In this document: piece by piece, positions 55,201 to 64,000 of the stretch
Position numbering within the stretch: the stretch's first letter is position 1
How the letters are laid out: the number at the start of each line of letters is the position of its first letter
Virus record (IMG/VR): IMGVR_UViG_3300031857_000144
Coordinates: 1,245 to 65,244 of that record
DNA length: 64,000 nt
Direction: 5' to 3' (one strand)
Origin: a virus
Taxonomy: Duplodnaviria > Caudoviricetes
Translations under genes and position numbers: made by a program
Notes under the pieces: generated by a model
Databases searched by the model: none
Told to the model about the DNA's origin: nothing
Seen by the model: only the letters and a program-made list of their open reading frames with translations

Positions 55201-58200
55201 TCACTACGATGGGGGATGCGCGGGCGGACGTAGGTAAATTCACTGGCCCTTATCGGGCGATTGGTTCGGCTGCACTTGACCCGCTAAACGCAGGGTCTAT
55301 GCGGCGTTTATCTAACGGCGATTACTACATTGCCTTTACGCCATCAACCAGCAAAACTTCAATGCTTGAGGTGTTAGCGCATGAACTTGGTCATGTGCAC
55401 ATGAAGGAGATGTACAACAACGCTTCGCCAGAACTGCAAGCATCTATACAGAAGTCGTTCCAGAAATGGTTGGGCGATCAAAAAGGTAAGACCGCACGGG
55501 AACTCGTCGATGCACTCCGCGCACGAACCGCTGCTAAACAAACTCGTGTAGCTGAAGGGTTGATGGCAGATGAGCTAAAACCTTACTGGCGCAGCTTTGA
55601 CGAATGGTACGCAGACCAAGTATCGCGCTGGGCAACCACGGATGAAAAGCCTATTTCCGTTGTAGAGAAGTTCTTTGCGCGGTTAGGACGTGCACTGCGT
55701 AGCTTCTTTGGTAATCTGAAGAACAACCGGTACTTACCGGATGAGACTTTCGTTCAGTATCTGAAGGAAGTAAAAAAGGCTTCGGTCAAACCAACTGCTG
55801 ATGTGCAGGCAGGTGACGCTAAGTCGATGGTGCGGGAGATGATAGATACCGCAACCGCTAACTTCAAGAAGTGGTTTGGCAATTCAGTCATCCGTAACGC
55901 AGACGGTAGCCCAAAGGTCATGTACCACGGCACGGCACGTGACATAGAATCGTTCCGCCCAAAACAAGCGGGCGCTATCTTTGTGACGGATGATCCTCGG
56001 TTTGCTGAAGGTTTCTCTAGTACGTCAGAAGACTACATGCTGAAAGAGCTGCGGTCTAAACTTTCAGAGGCACAACTTAACGAGTTATATGATAAAGCGG
56101 ATGCAATTGCGGCACGTGAGGACACATCTCCTATCGATGAATTTAACAATTTGCTTAGTGAGCTTTTACCAAGCCGCGCAAACATCGTCCCGGTATACGT
56201 CAGCGCACAGAATCCGTTTGATTTTCAAAATCGACGCCACCTAGAAAGATTGTCTGAACTTATAGGCGATACCGACCTTTTGCAGGAAGTTGCAGAGGGA
56301 AATTGGGAGTATATAGAAGACTCCACCGTACAAGAAATAATTAGAGATTTTTTAGGGCATGATGGCTTCTATGTCATGGAAGGTGGCCGCAAGAACCTCG
56401 CCGTCTACGAACCTACGCAGATCAAATCCATATTCAATACCGGTGCATGGAGTCCAACTGATAGCAGGATTTCATATCAGCGGAAGACTGCTGAAGCATT
56501 GACCCCTGACGGCGAACGTGCTGCTGCGCTGAACGAGCGCATGAAGGGTATTGCTAACGAGCCGGAGCCAGATGTCGATCAGACATTCCTAGACCGCTTG
56601 ACCTTGATGGCTGAGAAGTCCAAAGGCATACCGATGGCATTCCGTCAGGCAGTTGTTGACAAGGATGCGCCGGTCAAAGAGAAGCTTGCTGCCGCTTACC
56701 AGAACAAGGTCACGAACAGCCTTGGGGAGATTCGCGGTGACGTGCTGAACGAACAGGCACAGGAAGCCACGGGTGTTGCTGACCAACTGATGCGTCGTGG
56801 TGGTATCCGCGTCGGGGCCGATGGGCTATTTGAAGTCTACGACCGTGTAGAAAACGGGCAGAGCATCAGCCTTGACGGTGTGTTTGAAATCATCATTGAA
56901 AAGCTGGGCGCTAAGCTTGGCTCTGCTAAGGAAGCGGTGACACTCGCCCACCGGGCGTTTATTGCGCAACGTGCCAACGAAATCAACAAGCGCAGTGAGT
57001 TGCTTAGAAGCCAAGCTGAAGCTGCGGAAGCAAAGGGTAACAAGCAGGCAGCGGCAAAATTGCGCAAGCAGATTGTGAAAGTTCGTGCATCTCAGGCTGA
57101 GATTGATGCTGGGCTTGAGGCTATGCGTACGTTCCCTGAGTTGCAGCAGGCGTTCGATACCTTTACCAAATACAACGAAGGTCTCATCGACTTCTTGGTA
57201 TCGACAGGCCGTCTTAGCCCTGCACAGGCACAAGACTGGAAGGACAACGTGGGCTACGTACCGTGGACACGTGTAGAGGAAGACACTAATAAGCTTGAGT
57301 CCGCTAACAAGCTGCGTACCGGTAACGTGCATCTGACCGAGTTGCCAAAGCTGGATACCGAAGGTAGCTCCAAAGAGATTCGCAACGTGCTCGACAACAT
57401 GGTGGGTAACACCATCTGGACTATTCGCTCAGGTTTAAAGAACCGTGCTGCGGTCAAAACACTGGAGCAACTACCCGATGCTGAAGAACTAAAGACGCAG
57501 GATGAGGTTGACCGCGAACTGAAGAACAACAAGCAGCTTGTGGTATTCGCCTATCGTGACGGTGAGCGTGTGGCATTCCGGGTGCAGAACCAAGAAGACA
57601 TGGCAGCATTCTCCAGCGTGGTAGATGTTGCAGGCCCGGTAATGAAAGCGTTTACGACAGCAGCAACCGGCTTGCGTAGTTTCGTTACCCACATGCCAAC
57701 CTTCGCGTTGAGCCAGCTTGCGCAAGATACGGGACGCGCCATGTTCTTGTCTGGTGTAAAGCATCCATTCTCACTCCCCAGCAAAGTGCTGAGTAACTTC
57801 TACCATGTGGTCACCGGTGGTGAGACTGACATTCAGGCGTTGGGTATCACAGGTGCTTACGATGGTATGCCTGACCACGCAATGCGTCGGGCGCGTGAGC
57901 GTCATGGCCTGCAAGAGCGTAACGTCTTCCTCCGTGCATGGGACAAGCTAGAAGACTTCTCACTTGCTGCTGACATGGCGGTACGTGCTGCAATCTATGA
58001 GCAGACCATGAAAGAGACCGGCGACCGAGTGCTGGCCTTCCACCGCGCCAAGGAGTACATCAACTTTAAGACCGGTGGCAACGGGCAGACCGTGCGTATC
58101 CTGCGTCAGATCGTACCTTTCATGAACGCCTACATCCAAGGTATGGACGTGCTTTACCGCACCCTCCAAGGCAAAGGCTTGTCGATGGAAGATCGCAAAG

Positions 58201-59150
58201 CAGCAATGGCACTGTTCTATACCACTGGAGCCAAAGTAGCCGCACTGTCTTTAATCTACGCTGCGCTGGTGGGTGATGATGATGACTACAAAGGTTTGGA
58301 TGATTACGAACGCGATGGCAACTTCATCATCCCCGGTACAGGACTAAAGATACCAGTTGCTCCTGAGATTGGCTTCTTGTTCAAAGTTATCCCAGAGCGC
58401 ATCTATCAAGCGATTGCCCGTGAAGGCACTGATCGTCCAGTTGATGCCAAGACTTTTATGCGCGGTATGCGTGACGCTGCAATCAATGCGTATGGCGGGG
58501 TAAACCTCACACCTCAGTTGATCAAGCCTGCTATTGAGGTAGCGACTAACTATTCGTTCTTTACGAACAACCCTATCGTCGGTATCAATATGGCAGGGAA
58601 AGAGACATACTTGCAGTTCAACAACAGCACTTCAGAGCTTGCCAAGCTGTTTGGGCATATCGGTATTTCACCGATGAAAGTGGATCACTTGTTGCGTGGG
58701 TATCTGGGCACCGCAGGTGGAGTGCTGCTGGATGTGACTGACGCTGTGGCTGACCCTGATCGTATGAGCAAGCCGATCAATAAGCTGCCGTTGATCAAGA
58801 CCTTTATGTACGACGATACTGGGCGCGGGTACAAGACTGAGTTTTATCAGTTCCGTGAGGACGTAGACAAGGTAGTCAACTCAGTCAATACATTCAAGCG
58901 GGAAGGCCGTGTCGAGGAGTTGCAGGAGTACCTGACAGAAGACAAGATGAATCTCTACGCTATGAAAGGCGTGGTGGGTAAGATTGAAGATAAGTTAGGT
59001 GACTTGCGTCGTTACCGCAATATTATTGCTAGTGATCCAGACCTGACCCCGCAAGAGAAGCGAGAGAAGACAGATGAGCTTTTAGCGTTGGAACGTGAAC
59101 TACTTGTTGCGTACAACATTCCGCAGCTAAAGAAAATGGCGGGGTATTAA
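52293..59150 (+). CDS. Large polyvalent virion protein (zincin-like, ART-like, LPD38-like)
   Basis: AHELGH; FKKWFG..YHGT..PVY..NP..GHDG..QIKS; C-terminal PFMNAYIQG, P..E..N.SFF...PI, SP.KVDH. Confidence 0.75.
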   Translation: MATRYEQIIANVQSMINQNAPIPDIDGYLATQGLTPAQFRKLVEGPTITGQAKEFFKGIPSGAVGLLETAGVGAAAALPEGYEEPTRKFIQEKGAALRKPFAPEIGYEETIPRKFGEAVGSTIPFFATGPFGLAGRAAAVGTGVAAGAGEARLAAEEKGVFGDDRALATALGAPVGLLDLIAPEIKVGKQLITRAAITGGVEGATEAAQKISQNLIAKGIYNPEQPILAGAAEEGAYGAGAGALTRFLLDAALGRRARGDMGTTPPPGAPAAPAAPVGVPAEARQLPFGQVPEFGEGYEGYRAAPEPFREAEEKEAARQNRLFQITEMRDQHDVLMREIDRLKAEFAAPETTDAQRIAILERAEPLNAARADLETQIKQLSKGLEGAERAGTTPEPGQMGLDFGMPEMPRQRTGEGVVLGEEEVAPAGITPEQAEFFRQQRIADITARLNAGEVVTDAERAFLQMDAREQRAAFEERPTPELALPEERDQFRLGPQYIQPAPTMEEAVETRPVTEADFKAMGIAKTNKKLREAILDKDLADPAQRAEVQEVLTDFANDPNRSARIIEGVNKFLSSPVFMEQGELDLRPPKKPRAKKAKEAEDVIQPTEPVEPTVEPSVAVADERGAAPAGGVTAPVTGGMDVTGRATEQPDVGAGVQPTALTTTKPQIERTTLPDGGVRTVATKQGVGVIKDVTRYKYDLVVAGEPQQIVIERDNRTGETEAYFAVDGRPIGSGLQIKGFVAEGMDPLEAVKRILPDVEEAKLTTPTTPAKTKAQAPAAPTPAEGKVTPKEATRRLVQEGKVKPAEAKGIVEDITDGFGEVSTADIEEQIRSLKGETAPKVPYTPEQRATAEQHAKDLGGEIAWQEGEFALIRGYSALTGQPVYAAAKGSLRTKIDIESFTGNLFTPQERARLVAEKKRQEQAAEQAHKTKPFITFTKGQIQTSKNTPKELGSIVAGWSKLLGIRANIYITTMGDARADVGKFTGPYRAIGSAALDPLNAGSMRRLSNGDYYIAFTPSTSKTSMLEVLAHELGHVHMKEMYNNASPELQASIQKSFQKWLGDQKGKTARELVDALRARTAAKQTRVAEGLMADELKPYWRSFDEWYADQVSRWATTDEKPISVVEKFFARLGRALRSFFGNLKNNRYLPDETFVQYLKEVKKASVKPTADVQAGDAKSMVREMIDTATANFKKWFGNSVIRNADGSPKVMYHGTARDIESFRPKQAGAIFVTDDPRFAEGFSSTSEDYMLKELRSKLSEAQLNELYDKADAIAAREDTSPIDEFNNLLSELLPSRANIVPVYVSAQNPFDFQNRRHLERLSELIGDTDLLQEVAEGNWEYIEDSTVQEIIRDFLGHDGFYVMEGGRKNLAVYEPTQIKSIFNTGAWSPTDSRISYQRKTAEALTPDGERAAALNERMKGIANEPEPDVDQTFLDRLTLMAEKSKGIPMAFRQAVVDKDAPVKEKLAAAYQNKVTNSLGEIRGDVLNEQAQEATGVADQLMRRGGIRVGADGLFEVYDRVENGQSISLDGVFEIIIEKLGAKLGSAKEAVTLAHRAFIAQRANEINKRSELLRSQAEAAEAKGNKQAAAKLRKQIVKVRASQAEIDAGLEAMRTFPELQQAFDTFTKYNEGLIDFLVSTGRLSPAQAQDWKDNVGYVPWTRVEEDTNKLESANKLRTGNVHLTELPKLDTEGSSKEIRNVLDNMVGNTIWTIRSGLKNRAAVKTLEQLPDAEELKTQDEVDRELKNNKQLVVFAYRDGERVAFRVQNQEDMAAFSSVVDVAGPVMKAFTTAATGLRSFVTHMPTFALSQLAQDTGRAMFLSGVKHPFSLPSKVLSNFYHVVTGGETDIQALGITGAYDGMPDHAMRRARERHGLQERNVFLRAWDKLEDFSLAADMAVRAAIYEQTMKETGDRVLAFHRAKEYINFKTGGNGQTVRILRQIVPFMNAYIQGMDVLYRTLQGKGLSMEDRKAAMALFYTTGAKVAALSLIYAALVGDDDDYKGLDDYERDGNFIIPGTGLKIPVAPEIGFLFKVIPERIYQAIAREGTDRPVDAKTFMRGMRDAAINAYGGVNLTPQLIKPAIEVATNYSFFTNNPIVGINMAGKETYLQFNNSTSELAKLFGHIGISPMKVDHLLRGYLGTAGGVLLDVTDAVADPDRMSKPINKLPLIKTFMYDDTGRGYKTEFYQFREDVDKVVNSVNTFKREGRVEELQEYLTEDKMNLYAMKGVVGKIEDKLGDLRRYRNIIASDPDLTPQEKREKTDELLALERELLVAYNIPQLKKMAGY

Positions 59151-59187
59151 AAAAGCCCCCGGTGCAAGGGGAGTAGCACTCGGGGGC
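59149..59187 (-). terminator. Terminator at the convergence of early and late units
   Basis: GCCCCCG..GTGC/GCAC..CGGGGGC stem followed by a T-run on the minus strand. Confidence 0.7.
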
Positions 59188-59231
59188 AGGCTCATGTTCC
59201 CTTGGAGAAAGCATTGAGTGCGCCAAGCATA

Positions 59232-59432
59232 TCACGCCAATCTCCAGACCCGCAAGCCATATCGTCCCCGTTCTACCACCCGCTTGCACATCACCTGCAT
59301 CCGTAGTCGGTCAGCCTCTTTCTCCACAAACTCCTGAACCGGGCGGTAGTCCAGACAGGGGATGAAGAAAGAGGTTTCTGGTTGAAACGCGTTCCAATCA
59401 ATCCAGATCGGGGTGGATAGAATCCGGAGCAT
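59232..59432 (-). CDS. Small conserved protein
   Basis: SFFIPC...GLRVWR. Confidence 0.7.
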   Translation of the reverse strand: MLRILSTPIWIDWNAFQPETSFFIPCLDYRPVQEFVEKEADRLRMQVMCKRVVERGRYGLRVWRLA

Positions 59433-62259
59433 TTAGCAGGATTTCCTCATCAAAGAATCCGAGTTTGGAAGCGTCAAACACCAGCGCCTGTACGTTCTGC
59501 GCCGTGTTGGTCACCGTACCTGCAAACATCCGCTTGCGCTTCATGCCAAGGAAAGCCCCAGCCTTTTCGTACGGGTCTAATGATCCGTCATAGCTCATGG
59601 AGTATTTGCTGCACTCCTCGCGGTAAGGGCGTACCGCCACAAACAGCAGCTTGGTATCTGGCTCATACCGTGCAGTCAACGGCCCACGTGGTTCGCGTAT
59701 CGGTGCATGCTCCAGCCCGGTCTTGTTGTCCTTGCTGCCGTTAATGACGAGAATCTCGTGGAAGTGTCTTTGTAGGAATGCTCCGAGGAAGTCCTCGCTG
59801 TCGAACATCGACTCCTTGTTGCTGCGGCGGCTGTTCTTAATTAGCTCCACAGCGTAGTCCATCACCGGTTTGATAGGGATGTCGTGCAGCCCCAGCTTGC
59901 CTGCAATGATGCCGCCGGTCAGGTCAATTGCCACACCCGCCGACCAGAACCGCTCGTTACTTGTGATACCAGCAGCGCGGTCAATCTTCTCGTTCACCTT
60001 GTTCAGAAGCTCGATTACCGCTGGTAGGTTGCCCTGCACGTACTGGATGAACGGAATAATGGCGTGACCGTAGTTGCTTGCCAGCCTGCCAAAGTGCTGC
60101 TTAGCCTGCACCGCATCCAGCGAAGTGTCGATGGCAAGGTTGGCCTCCAGTATGCGCAGCAGTTCCGGCTCAGGGAATGACTTAATTGATAGCAACGCAT
60201 CACGAATGACTTTGTTCGATGACGACACCACCGGAAGCTGCCACGTTGTATTGTTGATCCGCTCGACGTTAGCCTTGGAAGACATCCGGCCTTTGCCTTT
60301 ACCTGATGTAATGTCGTACACCAGATCGGACATCAACTCCGGCTTCATGTTGGTCAACTCATCGATGGTTGCCGTGATGTTTTGCAGGATACCAAAGCGT
60401 TGCAGACGGAAGTTGTGCGTGTCCTTGTAGTTCATCATCAGCGCATCTGGGTTGCCGTAGACGCTATTGATTGCTTGGAGCAACGTGGACTTACCTGTAC
60501 CACCTTCTTTACTGACCAGATTCAACAGGAAGCCATTCAGCGCACCACCTGCCACGAACTTCATCAGTGGGCCACCCCACCCCATGAACAGGGCAAACGC
60601 ACGAAGCTCCATGCCCGGAGTGCTGTAATGATTGATGACATCTTTCCACACATGGAAGTCACCACGTGTATTCAACGCAGGTACTAAGGGCAGCGTAGCG
60701 GCTGACGGTGGGCTGTAATCAACCGTGTCATGGCGTATTTCTTTCTCGCCAAGGATGAACGCGCTGTCATCCGACAACCAACCAAACTGCTTCCGTGCAA
60801 TCTCTGCCTTACCCATTGCTTGTAACTCCTCTACCCACCGTGTGGCATATAACATCATCGCCTCCTGTTTTTTACCTATGATCGCCACACCATGCTTGGC
60901 AATCGTGCTCATGAATTTATCTTTGGAGATGACATCCTGTAGTGGCAGGATGAACTCGCGCACCCCGTCCTTCGGCAGGTGCAACCGCATCATTACGCAC
61001 TCGCCATCCTCTGGATCGTGCAGTCGCTTCACTACATAGAAATCGTGCGGAAAGATCAGCGTGTCTTCAGCATCGTCCACCGTGCCATCTTTATTCTTCT
61101 TCGGTGCTCCTTCCAGATAGATGCCGCCTACATGCCCCCGGAAGAAGGGGAATGGAAACTTAGGGATTGTGTACGCACGGACTTCCTGCGTGACTGGCTC
61201 AACGTCTTCAACAACTGGAGCCTCCGCATCTTCATCTGGGTGAATGACTTCTCGCCCAATTTGTATAGGAGAAGTAACCTTGAGCGAACAGCCCTCGCAT
61301 AACGCTGGCGATAACTTTTTAAAGGTGTCACATGTGTACGGCCCTTTTGTTTGAGCAGCTTTCTTTTCAGTAGTTCGAGCATCGTATTCAGGGTGCTTGT
61401 TCGATAGAATATGAATCGCTTTTCCGGCATCAACACAGTGATGCGCAATCGATAGCCCGGCTCTCCATAAGGGTTCCTCCACCGTGTCCTGATTCTCGTA
61501 AATATGCGCGAGTTGTGCACAACCTTCTCCCTGTACAGATTTAAGCAGGATGGTTTTGAACCGTGACTGATAGTTGCCCAGCAGTGCAAGTGTCGTGGGG
61601 TCAATCTGCCGTTGGAACGGCTTCTCGCCCGGAATGTGTAGCTCGTTCGATACGAACTTGTCACGTAGCGCGTCTAAGCCAACACGTGCGCCAGCCATCA
61701 ACAGCTTTACAGGCTGCGGATCATCCGGGTTCTTAAAGTTAAGCGTGTCTGGTATGCGCAGAATACGTGCAACGTCAGCGGTAACTGCTGGGTCAGCATG
61801 CAGGTTCTGTGCAACACAAAGCGCCTTCAACCCTTCGGCAAAGCCACGCCATTCGTTTTTCTCAAGTGCCTCTTCAAGCACCCAGTACGCATGCACTCCA
61901 CGACCGGAGTTCACGATAGCGGTTGGCCTTGGCAGGCTGGTCTTCTTAACAAAATCCTTCAGCGCAGCAACGCCTTCAGATTGATCTGCGTACGGCTTAC
62001 CAAGACCACAGTCGAGGTCAAGGAAAAAAGAATTCAGGTGTGATGCGTTAGCGGTAGTCCGCCCGGAATCATCAGTAAACGAAGCAAGTGCAAAGTACGC
62101 GTCATAGCCTCTATGTACCAAGGCATCTGCGTAGCTATCGATCTCCTCTACCGACGATACGAATATTTGTTTTGGTTTTGCATCCTTCTTCAGTCCCACT
62201 ACGCAATACTGCCCCGTAGCTGGTAGAACCAAAGACAGGAAGTCTGTCCTCGTAAGCAT
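59398..62259 (-). CDS. AEP primase fused to DUF927/helicase
   Basis: FLDLDCG, NSGRGVHAYW, RILRIP, EPLW, GW, Walker A GGTGKST, IDE. Confidence 0.88.
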   Translation of the reverse strand: MLTRTDFLSLVLPATGQYCVVGLKKDAKPKQIFVSSVEEIDSYADALVHRGYDAYFALASFTDDSGRTTANASHLNSFFLDLDCGLGKPYADQSEGVAALKDFVKKTSLPRPTAIVNSGRGVHAYWVLEEALEKNEWRGFAEGLKALCVAQNLHADPAVTADVARILRIPDTLNFKNPDDPQPVKLLMAGARVGLDALRDKFVSNELHIPGEKPFQRQIDPTTLALLGNYQSRFKTILLKSVQGEGCAQLAHIYENQDTVEEPLWRAGLSIAHHCVDAGKAIHILSNKHPEYDARTTEKKAAQTKGPYTCDTFKKLSPALCEGCSLKVTSPIQIGREVIHPDEDAEAPVVEDVEPVTQEVRAYTIPKFPFPFFRGHVGGIYLEGAPKKNKDGTVDDAEDTLIFPHDFYVVKRLHDPEDGECVMMRLHLPKDGVREFILPLQDVISKDKFMSTIAKHGVAIIGKKQEAMMLYATRWVEELQAMGKAEIARKQFGWLSDDSAFILGEKEIRHDTVDYSPPSAATLPLVPALNTRGDFHVWKDVINHYSTPGMELRAFALFMGWGGPLMKFVAGGALNGFLLNLVSKEGGTGKSTLLQAINSVYGNPDALMMNYKDTHNFRLQRFGILQNITATIDELTNMKPELMSDLVYDITSGKGKGRMSSKANVERINNTTWQLPVVSSSNKVIRDALLSIKSFPEPELLRILEANLAIDTSLDAVQAKQHFGRLASNYGHAIIPFIQYVQGNLPAVIELLNKVNEKIDRAAGITSNERFWSAGVAIDLTGGIIAGKLGLHDIPIKPVMDYAVELIKNSRRSNKESMFDSEDFLGAFLQRHFHEILVINGSKDNKTGLEHAPIREPRGPLTARYEPDTKLLFVAVRPYREECSKYSMSYDGSLDPYEKAGAFLGMKRKRMFAGTVTNTAQNVQALVFDASKLGFFDEEILLNAPDSIHPDLD

Positions 62260-62348
62260 AGCCGCCCCAAGCCGTCTTTTAAAAATAGGTAGGCAGGGAT
62301 AGTGACGGCAACTACCCTTTTCGGGTGCGCTCCCTAGCCTCCTAAACC
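62260..62348 (-). ncRNA. Candidate structured leader of the primase gene
   Basis: TAGG/AGGC/AGGGA long stem, ACCC-GAAAA-GGGT hairpin, GCCGTC/GACGGC pseudoknot near the start codon. Confidence 0.5.
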
Positions 62349-62352
62349 TGTG

Positions 62353-62595
62353 TTATTTCCGCTTCTTCAACAGCGTCTCCACTGCTTCGACAACCTTATC
62401 TTGGTACGCAGGCGGCACTTTCGTTAAGCCCTTGAACCAGTTGTAGATCGTGGCGCGGGTTACCCCGAAGTGCTCTGCCACGTCCTGTGCTGGTATATCG
62501 TTTTCTATGCACAGGTTGCCAAGCTGGACACCAAGCTTGTTGGTGTCCGCTGAATTAACGATTTTGACAAAGCGGGATGAGTACCCGTTACTCAT
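62353..62595 (-). CDS. Cro/CI-like HTH regulator
   Basis: AQDVAEHFGVTRATIYNWFKG. Confidence 0.85.
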   Translation of the reverse strand: MSNGYSSRFVKIVNSADTNKLGVQLGNLCIENDIPAQDVAEHFGVTRATIYNWFKGLTKVPPAYQDKVVEAVETLLKKRK

Positions 62596-63520
62596 CATCC
62601 CACTCAGCGAGGATTTTGCTTACGTCCTTTTTCTCAGCGGGAGCCTCCTCTTTCTTGCTCGTACGCTTCGTTGGCTCAGAAACGACTTGCGCCGCCTCAC
62701 TTTCGCCAGCATCTGCGTCACTATCCGCTGCCACCGCCTGCGCTTTCTTTGCCGGGACAGGCTTTTCAAACTCTTCATCGTTAGATTGGTCACCATCCTT
62801 CACTCCATCCGTCTGTGCAACGGTCATCGTGATTGCGCTTACTGCTGATGGAGACTTGCCTTGCTCCAGTGCAGCTTGGAATTCGCTGGTCTCAAGGAAA
62901 CGTACAGGCTTGAAAGTCAGCTTTGGTGTGGAACTATTGGTGTCGAAGCGCATTTCAGTTACGACCGACGTAATAGGCGCACCCTTACTTGCAATCATCT
63001 TTGCATATGTCTGCAAAGGCCACTTGCCATTCTCACCGGCACCGAAGATGGAAGTAGACGGCAGTGCAAGCTGGTACACGTCACCGCTAATGTCGTTCTC
63101 CAAGACAACTGCTAAACGCTGCTGGAAGCGGCAAGCACGGCTATCGCCCTGACCCGAGCCCTTGATGTTCTGTGGGCAGCTAGCGCACGACTTCGACTGA
63201 GGTGCTTTAGCTTTGGCATCTGGGGTTTCACCGTCTGCTGACCAGCAATCCGGGGCGCTGACTACGCCCTTCTTGTAAGTGCCTGCGTAGAAGATACGCG
63301 AAATTTTCTGTGCCGCTGCAACGATCACAACATTCATTGCACGGTCTTCGTTCTGCGCAACTTCCTTGCCATTGACCAGCATGCGCCAAACGCCGCCCTC
63401 GATGGAGATACGCTTGTTACCGCCGCCACTACCACCCATCAAGGCTTTGGTAGTTTCATCAAGTTCCGCTGTACGCAGGTGGCTGGGAAGATTTTGGTTG
63501 AATAGAGCTAGATCGCTCAT
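62588..63520 (-). CDS. ssDNA-binding protein (putative)
   Basis: PDCWS.DG..P, CASCPQN..GS...ACR, acidic tail EWDDE. Confidence 0.65.
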   Translation of the reverse strand: MSDLALFNQNLPSHLRTAELDETTKALMGGSGGGNKRISIEGGVWRMLVNGKEVAQNEDRAMNVVIVAAAQKISRIFYAGTYKKGVVSAPDCWSADGETPDAKAKAPQSKSCASCPQNIKGSGQGDSRACRFQQRLAVVLENDISGDVYQLALPSTSIFGAGENGKWPLQTYAKMIASKGAPITSVVTEMRFDTNSSTPKLTFKPVRFLETSEFQAALEQGKSPSAVSAITMTVAQTDGVKDGDQSNDEEFEKPVPAKKAQAVAADSDADAGESEAAQVVSEPTKRTSKKEEAPAEKKDVSKILAEWDDE

Positions 63521-63530
63521 TGCTTTCTCC

Positions 63531-63941
63531 TTATTTACGACGAACAACAACCGCGTAACGGCTGTCAACATTGAGACCCGGCGGACACTTGTCGGGATTC
63601 TCTTCCAAGAACGAAGCCATATTGTTCTGCGAGATGCGTTTCTCTATTAACTCTAAGGCTTCGTGTTTCTTCACGAACGAATGAAATGAGTGCCAATCAT
63701 TCGTCCAATAGCGTTTGGCAACTCGACGGCTTACTGTACCAAACGGTGTTTTGAGGCTATCAGTGCCGACCATCTTGCAAGTCTCCAGAAGCTGGAACTC
63801 AATAGTATCCAGAGCCTCCTTGAGTTCGGCATCTTCTTTCTCGAACTTGTCAGCCAACGCTTTACGGGCATCGCGTATCTTGATGTACGTCTTAACCAGC
63901 TTGTCGGTTGGGATGACTTGTGACTTAGTTTCATCATCCAT
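63531..63941 (-). CDS. Conserved replication-region protein
   Basis: LVKTYIKIRD, KTPFGTV, DWHSF, KRIS, PPGLN. Confidence 0.75.
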   Translation of the reverse strand: MDDETKSQVIPTDKLVKTYIKIRDARKALADKFEKEDAELKEALDTIEFQLLETCKMVGTDSLKTPFGTVSRRVAKRYWTNDWHSFHSFVKKHEALELIEKRISQNNMASFLEENPDKCPPGLNVDSRYAVVVRRK

Positions 63942-64000
63942 ATTGATCTCCAAGGGTAACTACAACTACAGAATAGAATTATTCTTTGACACTGTCAAGG
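63771..64000. repeat. Terminal redundancy, copy 2
   Basis: Matches 1-230 with 10 mismatches. Confidence 0.95.

Overview
The window is essentially one complete ~63.77 kb tailed-phage genome. The last 230 bp repeat the first 230 bp with 10 mismatches. It has a podovirus-like gene set and a Gram-negative host, inferred from the Rz/Rz1 spanins. Early and replication genes lie on the minus strand (59.2-64 kb, continuing through 1-18.5 kb): AEP-DUF927 primase/helicase, SSB-like protein, SNF2 helicase, Cas4-like nuclease, family A DNA polymerase, VRR-NUC, and an AAA-ATPase/VWA-peptidase module. Virion and lysis genes lie on the plus strand (19-59 kb): terminase, portal, GroES, major capsid, tail, lysis cassette, ejection proteins and a 2285-aa polyvalent protein. 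A control/origin region sits at 17.1-18.9 kb. The standout is a compact locus at 8195-10020 (minus strand). A stand-alone RAMP/Cas7-like gene is followed directly by a non-coding array of 13 units, each SGCA + (GGY-NN) x 7-11 with constant triplets and variable dinucleotides, and then a conserved partner gene. This looks like a phage-encoded RNA-guided system whose guides hold information in non-contiguous dinucleotides. All annotations come from reading motifs by eye; no searches were run.
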